DNA of 63,432 nucleotides, filler included, from a bacterium (GTDB lineage: Bacteria; JADJOY01), in assembly GCA_046331705.1 (NCBI GenBank). It is 3 parts of 3 records of this genome, joined end to end, with 100 filler letters (N's around TTAATTAATTAA, not from the genome) between each part and the next. Parts side by side here need not be neighbours in the genome. Positions count along the whole stretch, not along the records: positions 24,260 to 47,193 come from JAXLQJ010000085.1; 2 more parts are not named here. One strand, given 5' to 3'. Shown here in pieces: positions 29,229 to 37,481 of the stretch (the stretch's first letter is position 1; the number at the start of each line of letters is the position of its first letter). Under the pieces are notes generated by a model. The model did no database searches. It was not told where the DNA came from and saw only the letters and a program-made list of their open reading frames with translations. The position numbers and the translations under genes were made by a program.

Positions 29229-29672
29229 TCAGGCCGCTGGCGTCGTCTCGCGGCGCAGACGATCCCAGGCGCGTTGCGCGCGGACCAGGAGCGCGTTCCG
29301 CGCATCGTAGGTCTCGTTGGCCTTGGCCCAGCTCACGCAGTTGAACTGAGCGCAGAGCTCCGGGTAGTCGTGCGCGTCGTGGATCGTGCAGCGGTAGCTC
29401 GGTTGCGCGCCGTCGCCGCCGATCTCGAGATGCCTGCACCAGCCCGCGTCCACGGTCACGGGATGGCGCTCCTTGCAGCAATCGTCGGCGCCGGTGGCGG
29501 GCGCGGGATCGAGCGTGTAGCCGACGCGACGAAGGAAACGCCGGTAGCGTGGCGTCGTCTCGCGCAGCCGGAGCGTGATCCTGCAGCAGCCGCCGCACGC
29601 GCGACACAGCGCGGACCCGATGTCGCGCTCGTGGAGGTCGAGCCGGATCGACGGAATCTCGCTGGTGCTCAT
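29229..29672 (-). CDS. CxxCxxCC (YkgJ-like) cysteine cluster protein
   Basis: CRACGGCC..CRHL..CTIHD..YPELCAQFNC; ATGA overlap with the upstream gene. Confidence 0.85.
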   Translation of the reverse strand: MSTSEIPSIRLDLHERDIGSALCRACGGCCRITLRLRETTPRYRRFLRRVGYTLDPAPATGADDCCKERHPVTVDAGWCRHLEIGGDGAQPSYRCTIHDAHDYPELCAQFNCVSWAKANETYDARNALLVRAQRAWDRLRRETTPAA

Positions 29673-31479
29673 GGCACGGACCGCGTCCACGCATCGAGAT
29701 CGCCGTAATCGAAGTCGTCCTCGAAGATCACGGTGCCGCAGCGCGTGAAGAAGATCATGGACGGGAAGCGGGGCGGCAGCGTCGCGGCGGTATCCACCGT
29801 GCCGGCGAGCGCCGTGTTGAAGCGGAGCGTGAGATCCGGATCGTCCGCCAGCCATGCGCTGGTGCGGACATCGATCTTCCCGGGCGTGGAGAAGGTCGCG
29901 TTGCTCGGCAAGCGCAGCGCGCCGAACACGGCGAGCTCCGTCGACGCCTTGATCGTGAGCGGACCCGTCGCCGTCAGCGCGACGTCCTCGGGCACCCAGA
30001 AGCACGTGTACTGAAAGGAGCCGGTGAACGCCGTTCCGGGAGAAGGGTGCGGGTGCCGTCGCCATCGCCGTCCGCGAGCTCGGGATCGCCGCCGCAGAGA
30101 CCATCGCCGTTGGTGTCGGCCTCGAGCGCCGGATCGGCGTCGCAGTTGCGAAAAAACGGCCCCACGGGAGTCGGCACGGTGACGGATTGGGCGGTGGCGT
30201 AGGTCGGATCGGGCGACGCCACCAGCGCTCGCGCGTCGATCGCGGTGGCGGCGCGTGCGGCGCCTCCCACGGCGCCTCCCACGCCCAGTGCCAGCGCGAC
30301 GCAGCCGAGCTGGTAGAGCCAGCGGATGGCGGCGTTGAGGCTGGCCCGCGCGACGCGTCGGCGATCCTCGGTGGGATTCGAGACCAGGTCGAGCGCGCAG
30401 GTGTCCTGTGTAGCGCAATCCGTGGGGCTCGAGTCCGATCGGCACAGGTCGTTGCCGCACGTCGAGGACCCGTCGGCGACGCACAGGTCGGAGACGAAGC
30501 AGGCGCCGGAGGAGTCCGAGAGGCAGCGGTCGGGGCCGCAGCTGCCGGCGGAATCGCTGGCGCAGGTGTCGCTCGAGCAGGTGCCGGATTGGTCGGAGGT
30601 GCAGAAGTCCTCCGTGCAGTGTCCGGACGCGTCCGCGGTGCAGCCATCGCTCAGGCACGTGCCGGAGGAGTCGGATAGGCACGCGTCGTCGATGCACGAC
30701 CCCGAGGCGTCCGCGCTGCATTCGCCGCTGGCGTCGGCGAGACACTCGTCCGGACAGGCCGGACCGCCGTCATTCGCGCAATCTCCGGAGGTATCGGATC
30801 GGCAGCGGTCCGACAGGCAGGTGCCGGACGAGTCGCTCAGGCAGGTGTCGGTTTCGCAGCTCTTCGAGGAATCGGAGGTGCAGCCGTCGCCCGTGCAGCT
30901 TCCGGACTTGTCGGAGACGCACCCGTCGTCCCCGCAATCCCCGGACTTGTCCGAGATGCAGGCGCCCGAGAGGTCGCTCGGGCACTCGCCGCTGGCGCTG
31001 GGGCCGGCGTCCAGCGTGCACGCCCCCGAGGAGTCGGCGACGCATCGGTCGGTGACGCAGTGCTTGGACGCGTCGCTCACGCATGCGTCGGTGGTGCAAT
31101 CCCCCGAGGCATCCGACTGGCACGTGCCGCTCGTGTCCGCGCCGCAAGCGTAGGTGTCGTCGCTCGAGCACGCGGGGCCGGTGTCGAGGGTGCACGCCCC
31201 CGAGGAATCGGAGACGCAACGATCGATCGTGCAGTCCAGCGATCCATCGACGTCGCAGAGGTCTTGGGTGGTGCAGGTGTGTCCGGCATCGCCGCTCGCG
31301 CAGGCATCGGCGGTGCTGCAGACGTCGTCACCGCACGGCGCCCGTGCCCGCGCCGGCGTCGCGGTTGCGAGTCGCGAGAGGTTCACGCGAGCGAGCGCTG
31401 GCTTGGCGGGCGCGAGCCCGATCGCCAGCCAGCCACCCGTGAGCCGTGCCAAGCCTGCCAAGAAACGTCGCCGGAACAT
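29669..31479 (-). CDS. Tat-signal protein with 46 Cys-X2/3-Asp(Glu) motifs, putative radical-SAM-modified (ranthipeptide-type) substrate; apparent 1-nt deletion near 30042
   Basis: MFRRRFL..PALA; GGAGG 6 nt upstream; frame of ORF 29974-32580 continues in the frame of ORF 29669-30745 (PGTAFTGSF..IFEDDFDYGDLDAWTRSVP*). Confidence 0.8.
30388..31335 (-). repeat. Coding CxxD repeat array (316 aa)
   Basis: Manual count: 40 CxxD, 5 CxxxD, 1 CxxE; frequent unit CxSDxSGxCxxDx. Confidence 0.92.
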
Positions 31480-31481
31480 GT

Positions 31482-32948
31482 TCATCCTCCCGGCGCGGCC
31501 ACGGGCCGGACGAAGGCATCGTCGGGAACTCCGAGCGCCGCGTTGATGCTCATCGCGCACTCGATCTGGTGGCGGATGAGCCGGCAGCTCCGCGCCTGAT
31601 CGGGCTGCTCGAGGCCGCCGCTCGCGTCGACGGCGTGCTTCCAGCAGCCTCCCCCGCATTGGTAGCGAGCCCAGCAAGCGTTGCAGCCGGGACGTGCATC
31701 GACCGTGAGCGACCGCATCCGCTTCGCGAGTCGATCGTCGCAGCCGGTCCACACGTCGCCCATCCGATAGTCGGGCATGCCCACGAAGCGGTGACAGGGA
31801 TAGAAGGCGCCGTCCTGCGCCAGCGCCAGGTAGCTCCGCGCGGCCCCGCAGTGGTGGGCGAGGCGCTCCTCGACGACGCGGGTGCTGCGCACGAAGCGCA
31901 CCAGGTTGGTGAAGGGCAGCGGTCGGTTGCGTCGGACGCGGTCGACGAGAACGGCGGCGAGCCGCTCGGTCTGTTGCTCCAGCGCGGCGATGTCGTCGGG
32001 GCCGACGCACGCCGGGCTCGCGCCGATCGCGGGCTCGACGTGGACCGAGCCGAACCCGAGCCTGAGCAGATGGTCCACGATCACGGGCACGTCGACGAGG
32101 CCGCTGGCGACCGTCACTCGTGCCGGCACGCGCCCGGGGCGCGCGGCGACGAGCCGCCGGACGCCGGGCAAGATCTGGTCGTAGGTCGGCGCGCCGCCGG
32201 CGAACCGCCGATTGGCGTCGTGAATCATCGCCGGACCGTCGATCGAGACCTGGCAGCCCACGCGCTCGGCGATCAGGAACGAGACGACGTCCTCGTCGAG
32301 CAATGCGCCGTTCGTCGACAGCGAGAAGCCGAGGCGCTTGCCGCGGGCACGCGCCAGCGCGCGCGCCTCGGGCACCAGCGTCCGGATCAGCTCGAACGCG
32401 AGCAGCGGCTCGCCGCCGAAGAACACGACGTCCACGTCCCGCGCTCTTCCCGACGCATCGAGGAGAAAGGCGATCCCGGCGCGCGCGGTCTCGATCGACA
32501 TGCCGCACTCGTCGGACCCGTAGAGGTGCGCCGTCGAGCGCCCGGGCTCGTGCTCCTCGGCGCCGTAGCAATAGCGGCAACGCATGTTGCAGCCGTGCGT
32601 CACCATCAGCTCGAGGTGGCGCAGACCGCGCGAGCGCGCAGCCGCGCGGGATGCCGCGCGCGGCGCGCGGCCGAGGATTCCGCGGGTGCGGAGCAAGGCG
32701 AGCCCCGCCTCCACGTCCCTGCGACGATATCGGTACGCGAGCGAGCGCGCCGGATCTCCGCTATCGGGCGTCGCCAGCGCGGCGATCAGCTCCGCGACCA
32801 GCGGCGTGATCTCGTAGAAGAGCTGCGAGGCGACGTCGAAGAGGATCTGCCTGCCGAGACGCTCGAAGACGTGCACTTCGGCGAGGCGCTCGCGAGGAAT
32901 GTGCGCCGTGGGCCTGCGCCGCACGACGCGCTGGAGCCAGCTGCCCAT
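31482..32948 (-). CDS. Radical SAM/SPASM peptide maturase with N-terminal RRE-like domain (PapB/CteB/QhpD-like)
   Basis: VHVFE..ILFDVAS..FYEIT RRE-like start; CNMRCRYC; FFGGEPLL; SIDGP; SPASM CGAARSY..YPCHRF..CNACWARYQCGGGC..SC. Confidence 0.93.
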   Translation of the reverse strand: MGSWLQRVVRRRPTAHIPRERLAEVHVFERLGRQILFDVASQLFYEITPLVAELIAALATPDSGDPARSLAYRYRRRDVEAGLALLRTRGILGRAPRAASRAAARSRGLRHLELMVTHGCNMRCRYCYGAEEHEPGRSTAHLYGSDECGMSIETARAGIAFLLDASGRARDVDVVFFGGEPLLAFELIRTLVPEARALARARGKRLGFSLSTNGALLDEDVVSFLIAERVGCQVSIDGPAMIHDANRRFAGGAPTYDQILPGVRRLVAARPGRVPARVTVASGLVDVPVIVDHLLRLGFGSVHVEPAIGASPACVGPDDIAALEQQTERLAAVLVDRVRRNRPLPFTNLVRFVRSTRVVEERLAHHCGAARSYLALAQDGAFYPCHRFVGMPDYRMGDVWTGCDDRLAKRMRSLTVDARPGCNACWARYQCGGGCWKHAVDASGGLEQPDQARSCRLIRHQIECAMSINAALGVPDDAFVRPVAAPGG

Positions 32949-33115
32949 CTCGCGCTCCCGGGCGAGAGGATCGATTCCACCCAATGCAGCAAGGACCGCG
33001 CCGGGGAGCGCGCGGCGCGTTCACGGTCCCTTGCGCCGACTCGCGTCACGCGGGCGTGACCTGGCTCGGCGCGCGCCGTCGACGCCGGTAACGGGTCCCG
33101 ATCCGTTCCGCCTCG

Positions 33116-34894
33116 TCACCCGCCGCCGGCCTGGAAGCGCCGTACGAACGCGAGGAAATCGAGCCAGCTTCCGTCCACCGAGAGCTTGCCGCTAGCGAGC
33201 GCCGCGGCGGGGTTCTCGAGCTTGAGCGCCAGCTTCTTCCAGGTGAGCGAATCGGTGGTGAGCGTGGCCACGGGAGTCGGCGTGCCGGGCAGCGGCTCGC
33301 CGGCGACGACCTCGGCGATGCCGCGCCGCACGGTCACCACGAAGCGCTCGCCGGTGTCCGAGAAGCGCCACACGACGGACTCGTGGAGGTCGAGCGTGCT
33401 CGCGGCATCGAGTCGCGTGGCCATCGTGCGGAAGAAGAGATCCAGCGGAATCGGCGCCAGCGCCTCGTCGTCCGGGTGGGACTCCGCGCTGGCCGCGAGG
33501 CCGTGCTCGGCCTCGTAGGCGCTCTCGAGGAGGTAGGCACGTCCGTTGGTGTTGGCCGTACCCGCGGCGAGCCGACGCAGCGCGCGCGCGAACGTCGCGT
33601 CGATGTCTGCGCTCGTGCTGCTCGGTCCGGCGCTCGCGCGGAGCTTGCCGAGCAGATGGACCGCCCAGCGCGCATCGCCGCCGTCGAGGGCTTGCTTCGC
33701 CTGCGCGAGGACGGCGTCCGGCCCGCCCATGAGCCCCACCTCGCGGCGCGCGATCTCGTCGGGCGGCAGCGGGTAGAGGGCTTCCGGACGGCCGTCGAAC
33801 CAGCCAAGCGCGTTGGTGTAGATCGCGCGCGCCGACCAGCCGATCTCGCCGTAGGTCTCGGCGAGGAACGGGCTCGCCCGCAGGTGCTCGGGCAGCACGA
33901 TCGACGCCGCGAGCGCGTCGAGGGGCTGGCCTCGGTTGGCGCCGCGCACGACCGCGTCACGCACCCACTGGATCCCGTCGCGGTAGGTGGTGAGCGTGGT
34001 GGCGATCTCGTCGCGACCGTGAAGCGGCCCCGTGTGCGAGGGAACCAAGTGCGCGGGCGCCTTGCGGCGCATGGCATCGAGGCTCGCGATCCACTCGTCC
34101 ACGGGGCGCGGGCGCGTGCCGCGGATGGTGTAGAGGTTGGGGAAGGCGCGGTAGAGGTTGTCGCCGGAGAGCAGCGTGGACTCGCTGGGAATCCACACGA
34201 AGAGCTGGTCGTCGGTCTCGCCGTGGGCCTCCACCAGCTCGAAACGCACGCCGCCGAGCTCGAAGCTGGTCTCGCCGCGGAAGGTGCGCGTCGGCATGCG
34301 CAGGCCGGAGTGAAGCGCCGCTTCGAGGTCGGGGCGCCGTCCGAGCGACGAGCACGGCAGCTCGCTCTCGCTCACGTGGCGGCCGAACTGCCGCCAGCCG
34401 CGGGTGCGCTGCGCGGCCTGGAACACCCCGTATTGCTCCACCAGGTGCTGGGTGAACGCCTGGGTGGCCCAGATCTCGGTGCCCGGCTCGACCCACGCCG
34501 AGGCTCCGCCCACGTGGTCGATGTGGCTGTGCGTGAAGATCACGGCGCGCACCGGTCCGGGTGCCCGCGCCAGCAGCGCCGCGCGGATGGGCGTGGCGCG
34601 CGCGGGGGACATGGAGGTGTCCACGACCACGTTTCCGTCGTCGGTGCGCACGAGGATCGTGTTCGCCAAGTCTTGGCCGAGCGCCACCCAGACGCGCGGC
34701 GTGACCTGCTCGACTCGCGGGTCGCCGGCGTTGGCGCGACAGAGCTCCGCGAGCTCGGGCGGCGCTTGCGCCATGTCCGCCGGGGGGGCGGCGCCTCGCG
34801 GGCGATCGCACGCGCACGACAGCAAGCCGACGAGCACGAATGCTCCGCGCGCGAGCGCGCGGCCGGTGAAGAGCGAAGGCCGTGGACGACGCAT
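33116..34894 (-). CDS. Alkyl sulfatase (SdsA1-like: MBL fold, dimerisation, SCP2)
   Basis: THSHIDHVGG, HGETDDQ, FPNLYTIRGT, PSH, GWFDG. Confidence 0.92.
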   Translation of the reverse strand: MRRPRPSLFTGRALARGAFVLVGLLSCACDRPRGAAPPADMAQAPPELAELCRANAGDPRVEQVTPRVWVALGQDLANTILVRTDDGNVVVDTSMSPARATPIRAALLARAPGPVRAVIFTHSHIDHVGGASAWVEPGTEIWATQAFTQHLVEQYGVFQAAQRTRGWRQFGRHVSESELPCSSLGRRPDLEAALHSGLRMPTRTFRGETSFELGGVRFELVEAHGETDDQLFVWIPSESTLLSGDNLYRAFPNLYTIRGTRPRPVDEWIASLDAMRRKAPAHLVPSHTGPLHGRDEIATTLTTYRDGIQWVRDAVVRGANRGQPLDALAASIVLPEHLRASPFLAETYGEIGWSARAIYTNALGWFDGRPEALYPLPPDEIARREVGLMGGPDAVLAQAKQALDGGDARWAVHLLGKLRASAGPSSTSADIDATFARALRRLAAGTANTNGRAYLLESAYEAEHGLAASAESHPDDEALAPIPLDLFFRTMATRLDAASTLDLHESVVWRFSDTGERFVVTVRRGIAEVVAGEPLPGTPTPVATLTTDSLTWKKLALKLENPAAALASGKLSVDGSWLDFLAFVRRFQAGGG

Positions 34895-35024
34895 GAGCGA
34901 ACCCCCCGTCGCGGCCGCCGTCGCGACCGGGTTTGGATGAGTCAACGAGGCGCGGCATGTTAGCGCCCGCGCGCGCGATCGTCCGCGCCGCGTGCTCGTC
35001 GACTCTCGCCGCCCGTCCACCCGC

Positions 35025-36431
35025 GTGAACTCCTCTCCGTCGTTCCAGCGTTCACGGTCCGGTCGTGACCCACGCTTCGCGTTGGCGCTCGTCGCGCTCG
35101 CGCTGAGCTGGGCGAGCGCCCGCGCGCAGACCGCTGCGGCGCCGGCGCCCGAGGCGCCGAAGGACATCCTGCTCGTGAGCTTCGATGCGCTCCGTCAGGA
35201 TCATCTCTCGGTGTTCGGTTACGCACGGCAGACGAGCCCCACGCTCGAATGGCTGGCGAGCCAGGGGACGGCGCTGCGCGACGTGGTGCCCGCCGGGCTC
35301 TCGACCAAGACGTCGCTCACCTCGCTGGTGACCGCCCTCGAGTACCGCACCCATCACATCCTGCAGAAGAACGAGCACCTGCCGGCGAGCATCGTCACGG
35401 TGGCCGAGGCGCTGCGCGATCAGGGTTACGCGACGGCGGGGTTCGTCGCGACACCGCACCTCGCCGCGGAGCTCGGTTACGACCAGGGCTTCGATCGCTA
35501 CGAGGACTTCGCCGGCGCCGGCAAGCACGCGGTCAGCGCCGCCGAGGTGCGCGATCGCGTGCTCGCGTACCTCGACGAGCCGCTGCCGGCGGGCCGCCGC
35601 GCGCGCTTCGTCTACGTGCACATCCTCGAGCCGCACCCGCCGTGGCTCGATCCTTCGCCGTGGCTCACGACGAAAGAGCCGGGGAAGCGCATCTTCGCGT
35701 GTGTCGAGCTGCCGCCGCCCGAGAAGGTGGCGAAGATCACGCCCCAGCGGCTCACCAACCTCGTGGCCAAGTACGACGGCGCGATCCTCGCGGGCGATCG
35801 GGCGCTGGGCGCGGTCGTGGACAAGCTGCGCACGCAAGGACGGCTCGCGCGCACGGTCATCGGCGTCACCACCGATCACGGGCTCGAGCTGCTCGATCGC
35901 TACTCGGCGAGCCACGGCTGGAACCCGTTCGACGAGGTGGCGCGCGGGTTTCTGGTGCTCTACGACGGGTCGCGTCCCTGGGGGCCTGCGCCCAGGATCC
36001 AGGCGCGCAACGTCGACGTGCTGCCGACCTTGCTGGCGCGAGCCGGTGCGTCGCTGGTGCCGAGCTTCCAGGGCGTCGACGTCTTCGGTGCCACCGCCAA
36101 GGTGCCCGAGATCGCCTTCAGCCGCGGCAACCATTGCGTCGCGGTGCGCACGCTCACGCACAAGCTGATCTGGATCGACTTTCCCGCCGACGTCCCGTTC
36201 CCGGCGAGCCTGACGCGCGGCTTCTCGCTCTTCGACCTGCGCACCGATCCCGGCGAGCGCCGCGACGTGAAGGGCGAGCAACCGGAAGTCTTCGCCAAGC
36301 TCCGCGACGCGTTCCTGGCGTTTCAGCGCGACGAGGGCGCGAAGGCCGAGGATCCCGCCGATCCCAAGCACACCCAGGGCCTGAGCCCCGAAGCGCGCGA
36401 ACGCCTCGAAGCGCTCGGTTACGTCGAATAG
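35025..36431 (+). CDS. Sulfatase/alkaline-phosphatase superfamily protein
   Basis: LLVSFDALRQDHL, STKTS (degenerate FGly motif), EPHPP, YDGAI, TDHG, DVLPTL, LEALGYVE. Confidence 0.88.
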   Translation: MNSSPSFQRSRSGRDPRFALALVALALSWASARAQTAAAPAPEAPKDILLVSFDALRQDHLSVFGYARQTSPTLEWLASQGTALRDVVPAGLSTKTSLTSLVTALEYRTHHILQKNEHLPASIVTVAEALRDQGYATAGFVATPHLAAELGYDQGFDRYEDFAGAGKHAVSAAEVRDRVLAYLDEPLPAGRRARFVYVHILEPHPPWLDPSPWLTTKEPGKRIFACVELPPPEKVAKITPQRLTNLVAKYDGAILAGDRALGAVVDKLRTQGRLARTVIGVTTDHGLELLDRYSASHGWNPFDEVARGFLVLYDGSRPWGPAPRIQARNVDVLPTLLARAGASLVPSFQGVDVFGATAKVPEIAFSRGNHCVAVRTLTHKLIWIDFPADVPFPASLTRGFSLFDLRTDPGERRDVKGEQPEVFAKLRDAFLAFQRDEGAKAEDPADPKHTQGLSPEARERLEALGYVE

Positions 36432-36449
36432 CGCGGCGCGCGGGCCGCG

Positions 36450-37160
36450 CTACCAGCTGGTGTGCAGCGCGAAGTGGCCGCGGCTCGGCTCGATCGCGAG
36501 GAATTGGTGCTCGCCCTGCGAGCACGAGCCGCTGTTCAGGAAGAGCTTGTCGCCGTGCTCGGCGCGGGTGCCGATGTGGGTGTGGCCGGTGACGATCACG
36601 TCGGCCTGCTTCATGCGCGCGAGGCCGATCGCCCAGCGCTGGAACGCGCAGTGCTCGGGGTCGGGGCGCGCGCCGCGCACGCGGTTGTCGATGCGGTCGA
36701 AGGTGCGGAAGATCGCCCGCAAGCGCATGCGCAGCAGCCAGCCTCCGGCCCAGGATCCGAACTCGCCGAGCCAGCGCGCGCGCTGCCAATGCCAGTCGTA
36801 GTCGTGGCCGTGGGTGAAATAGAGGTTGGTGGTGCCGAGCGTGGTTACCCAGCTCGATGGCGCGCGATCGACGGCGGCGCTCACGAGGTCGTGGTTGCCG
36901 TGGACGTAGCGATACTTGGGCCCGCGAAAGCGCGCGGCGATCTCGGGATGGGTGGCGCGGACCTGGGCGAGCTCGTGGGCTTGCGCGCGCGGCCACCGTG
37001 AGCGCAGCGTCTCCCAGATGTCGCCGAGGAGCACGATCGAGCTGAAGCTGTCCTCGAGGAAGTCCAGGAAACGCAGGAACTCGTCGTCCTCGTGACGGAA
37101 CGCGTCGGAACGATCGCGGCGTCCCAGGTGCAGATCGGAGATGACGGCGATGGCGCTCAC
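36450..37160 (-). CDS. Calcineurin-like metallophosphoesterase (LpxH-like)
   Basis: ISDLHLG, LGDIWE, GNHD, THGH, TGHTH, NSGS. Confidence 0.9.
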   Translation of the reverse strand: MSAIAVISDLHLGRRDRSDAFRHEDDEFLRFLDFLEDSFSSIVLLGDIWETLRSRWPRAQAHELAQVRATHPEIAARFRGPKYRYVHGNHDLVSAAVDRAPSSWVTTLGTTNLYFTHGHDYDWHWQRARWLGEFGSWAGGWLLRMRLRAIFRTFDRIDNRVRGARPDPEHCAFQRWAIGLARMKQADVIVTGHTHIGTRAEHGDKLFLNSGSCSQGEHQFLAIEPSRGHFALHTSW

Positions 37161-37481
37161 GGCGAGTGATCCTCTCGAGCTCTTGCACCTCAAGAGTAAC
37201 CTGCCGGTGCGACGTCGGCAGGGAGCTGCAGTGACGGCAGGGTGACGCGGCCGGCGATCGAGCGGGGCGCTCGTCCATGTCGAGCACTGGCAATCGCGAT
37301 GGGTAGCCGTGGTACGATCGCGCGCCTCGTGATCGCTCGCTGCGGCGCTCGCGCCGAAGCGGCCTCCCTTCGCGATCCGCGGGGTGAACACCAATCCGAG
37401 TGGGCGACGCCGCGACTTCCGCCGCGGGGCTGGAAGCCGTAACCAGCGCGTCGCACCTGCGGACCGAGGCGGAACGATCTC

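Noticed and set aside
30388-31335. CRISPR array or multiheme cytochrome
   Set aside because: Repeats are conserved at the protein level only, there are no fixed DNA repeats with spacers, and there are no CxxCH motifs.
29974-32580. 868-aa ORF as listed in the track
   Set aside because: The first 365 codons are an alternate frame overlapping the rSAM gene; the real start is at 31485/31479.
31482-36431. rSAM as anaerobic sulfatase maturase for the nearby sulfatases
   Set aside because: It has an RRE-like N-terminus and is translationally coupled to the CxxD gene. The alkyl sulfatase is MBL-type (no FGly) and the other sulfatase lacks a canonical (C/S)xPxR motif.
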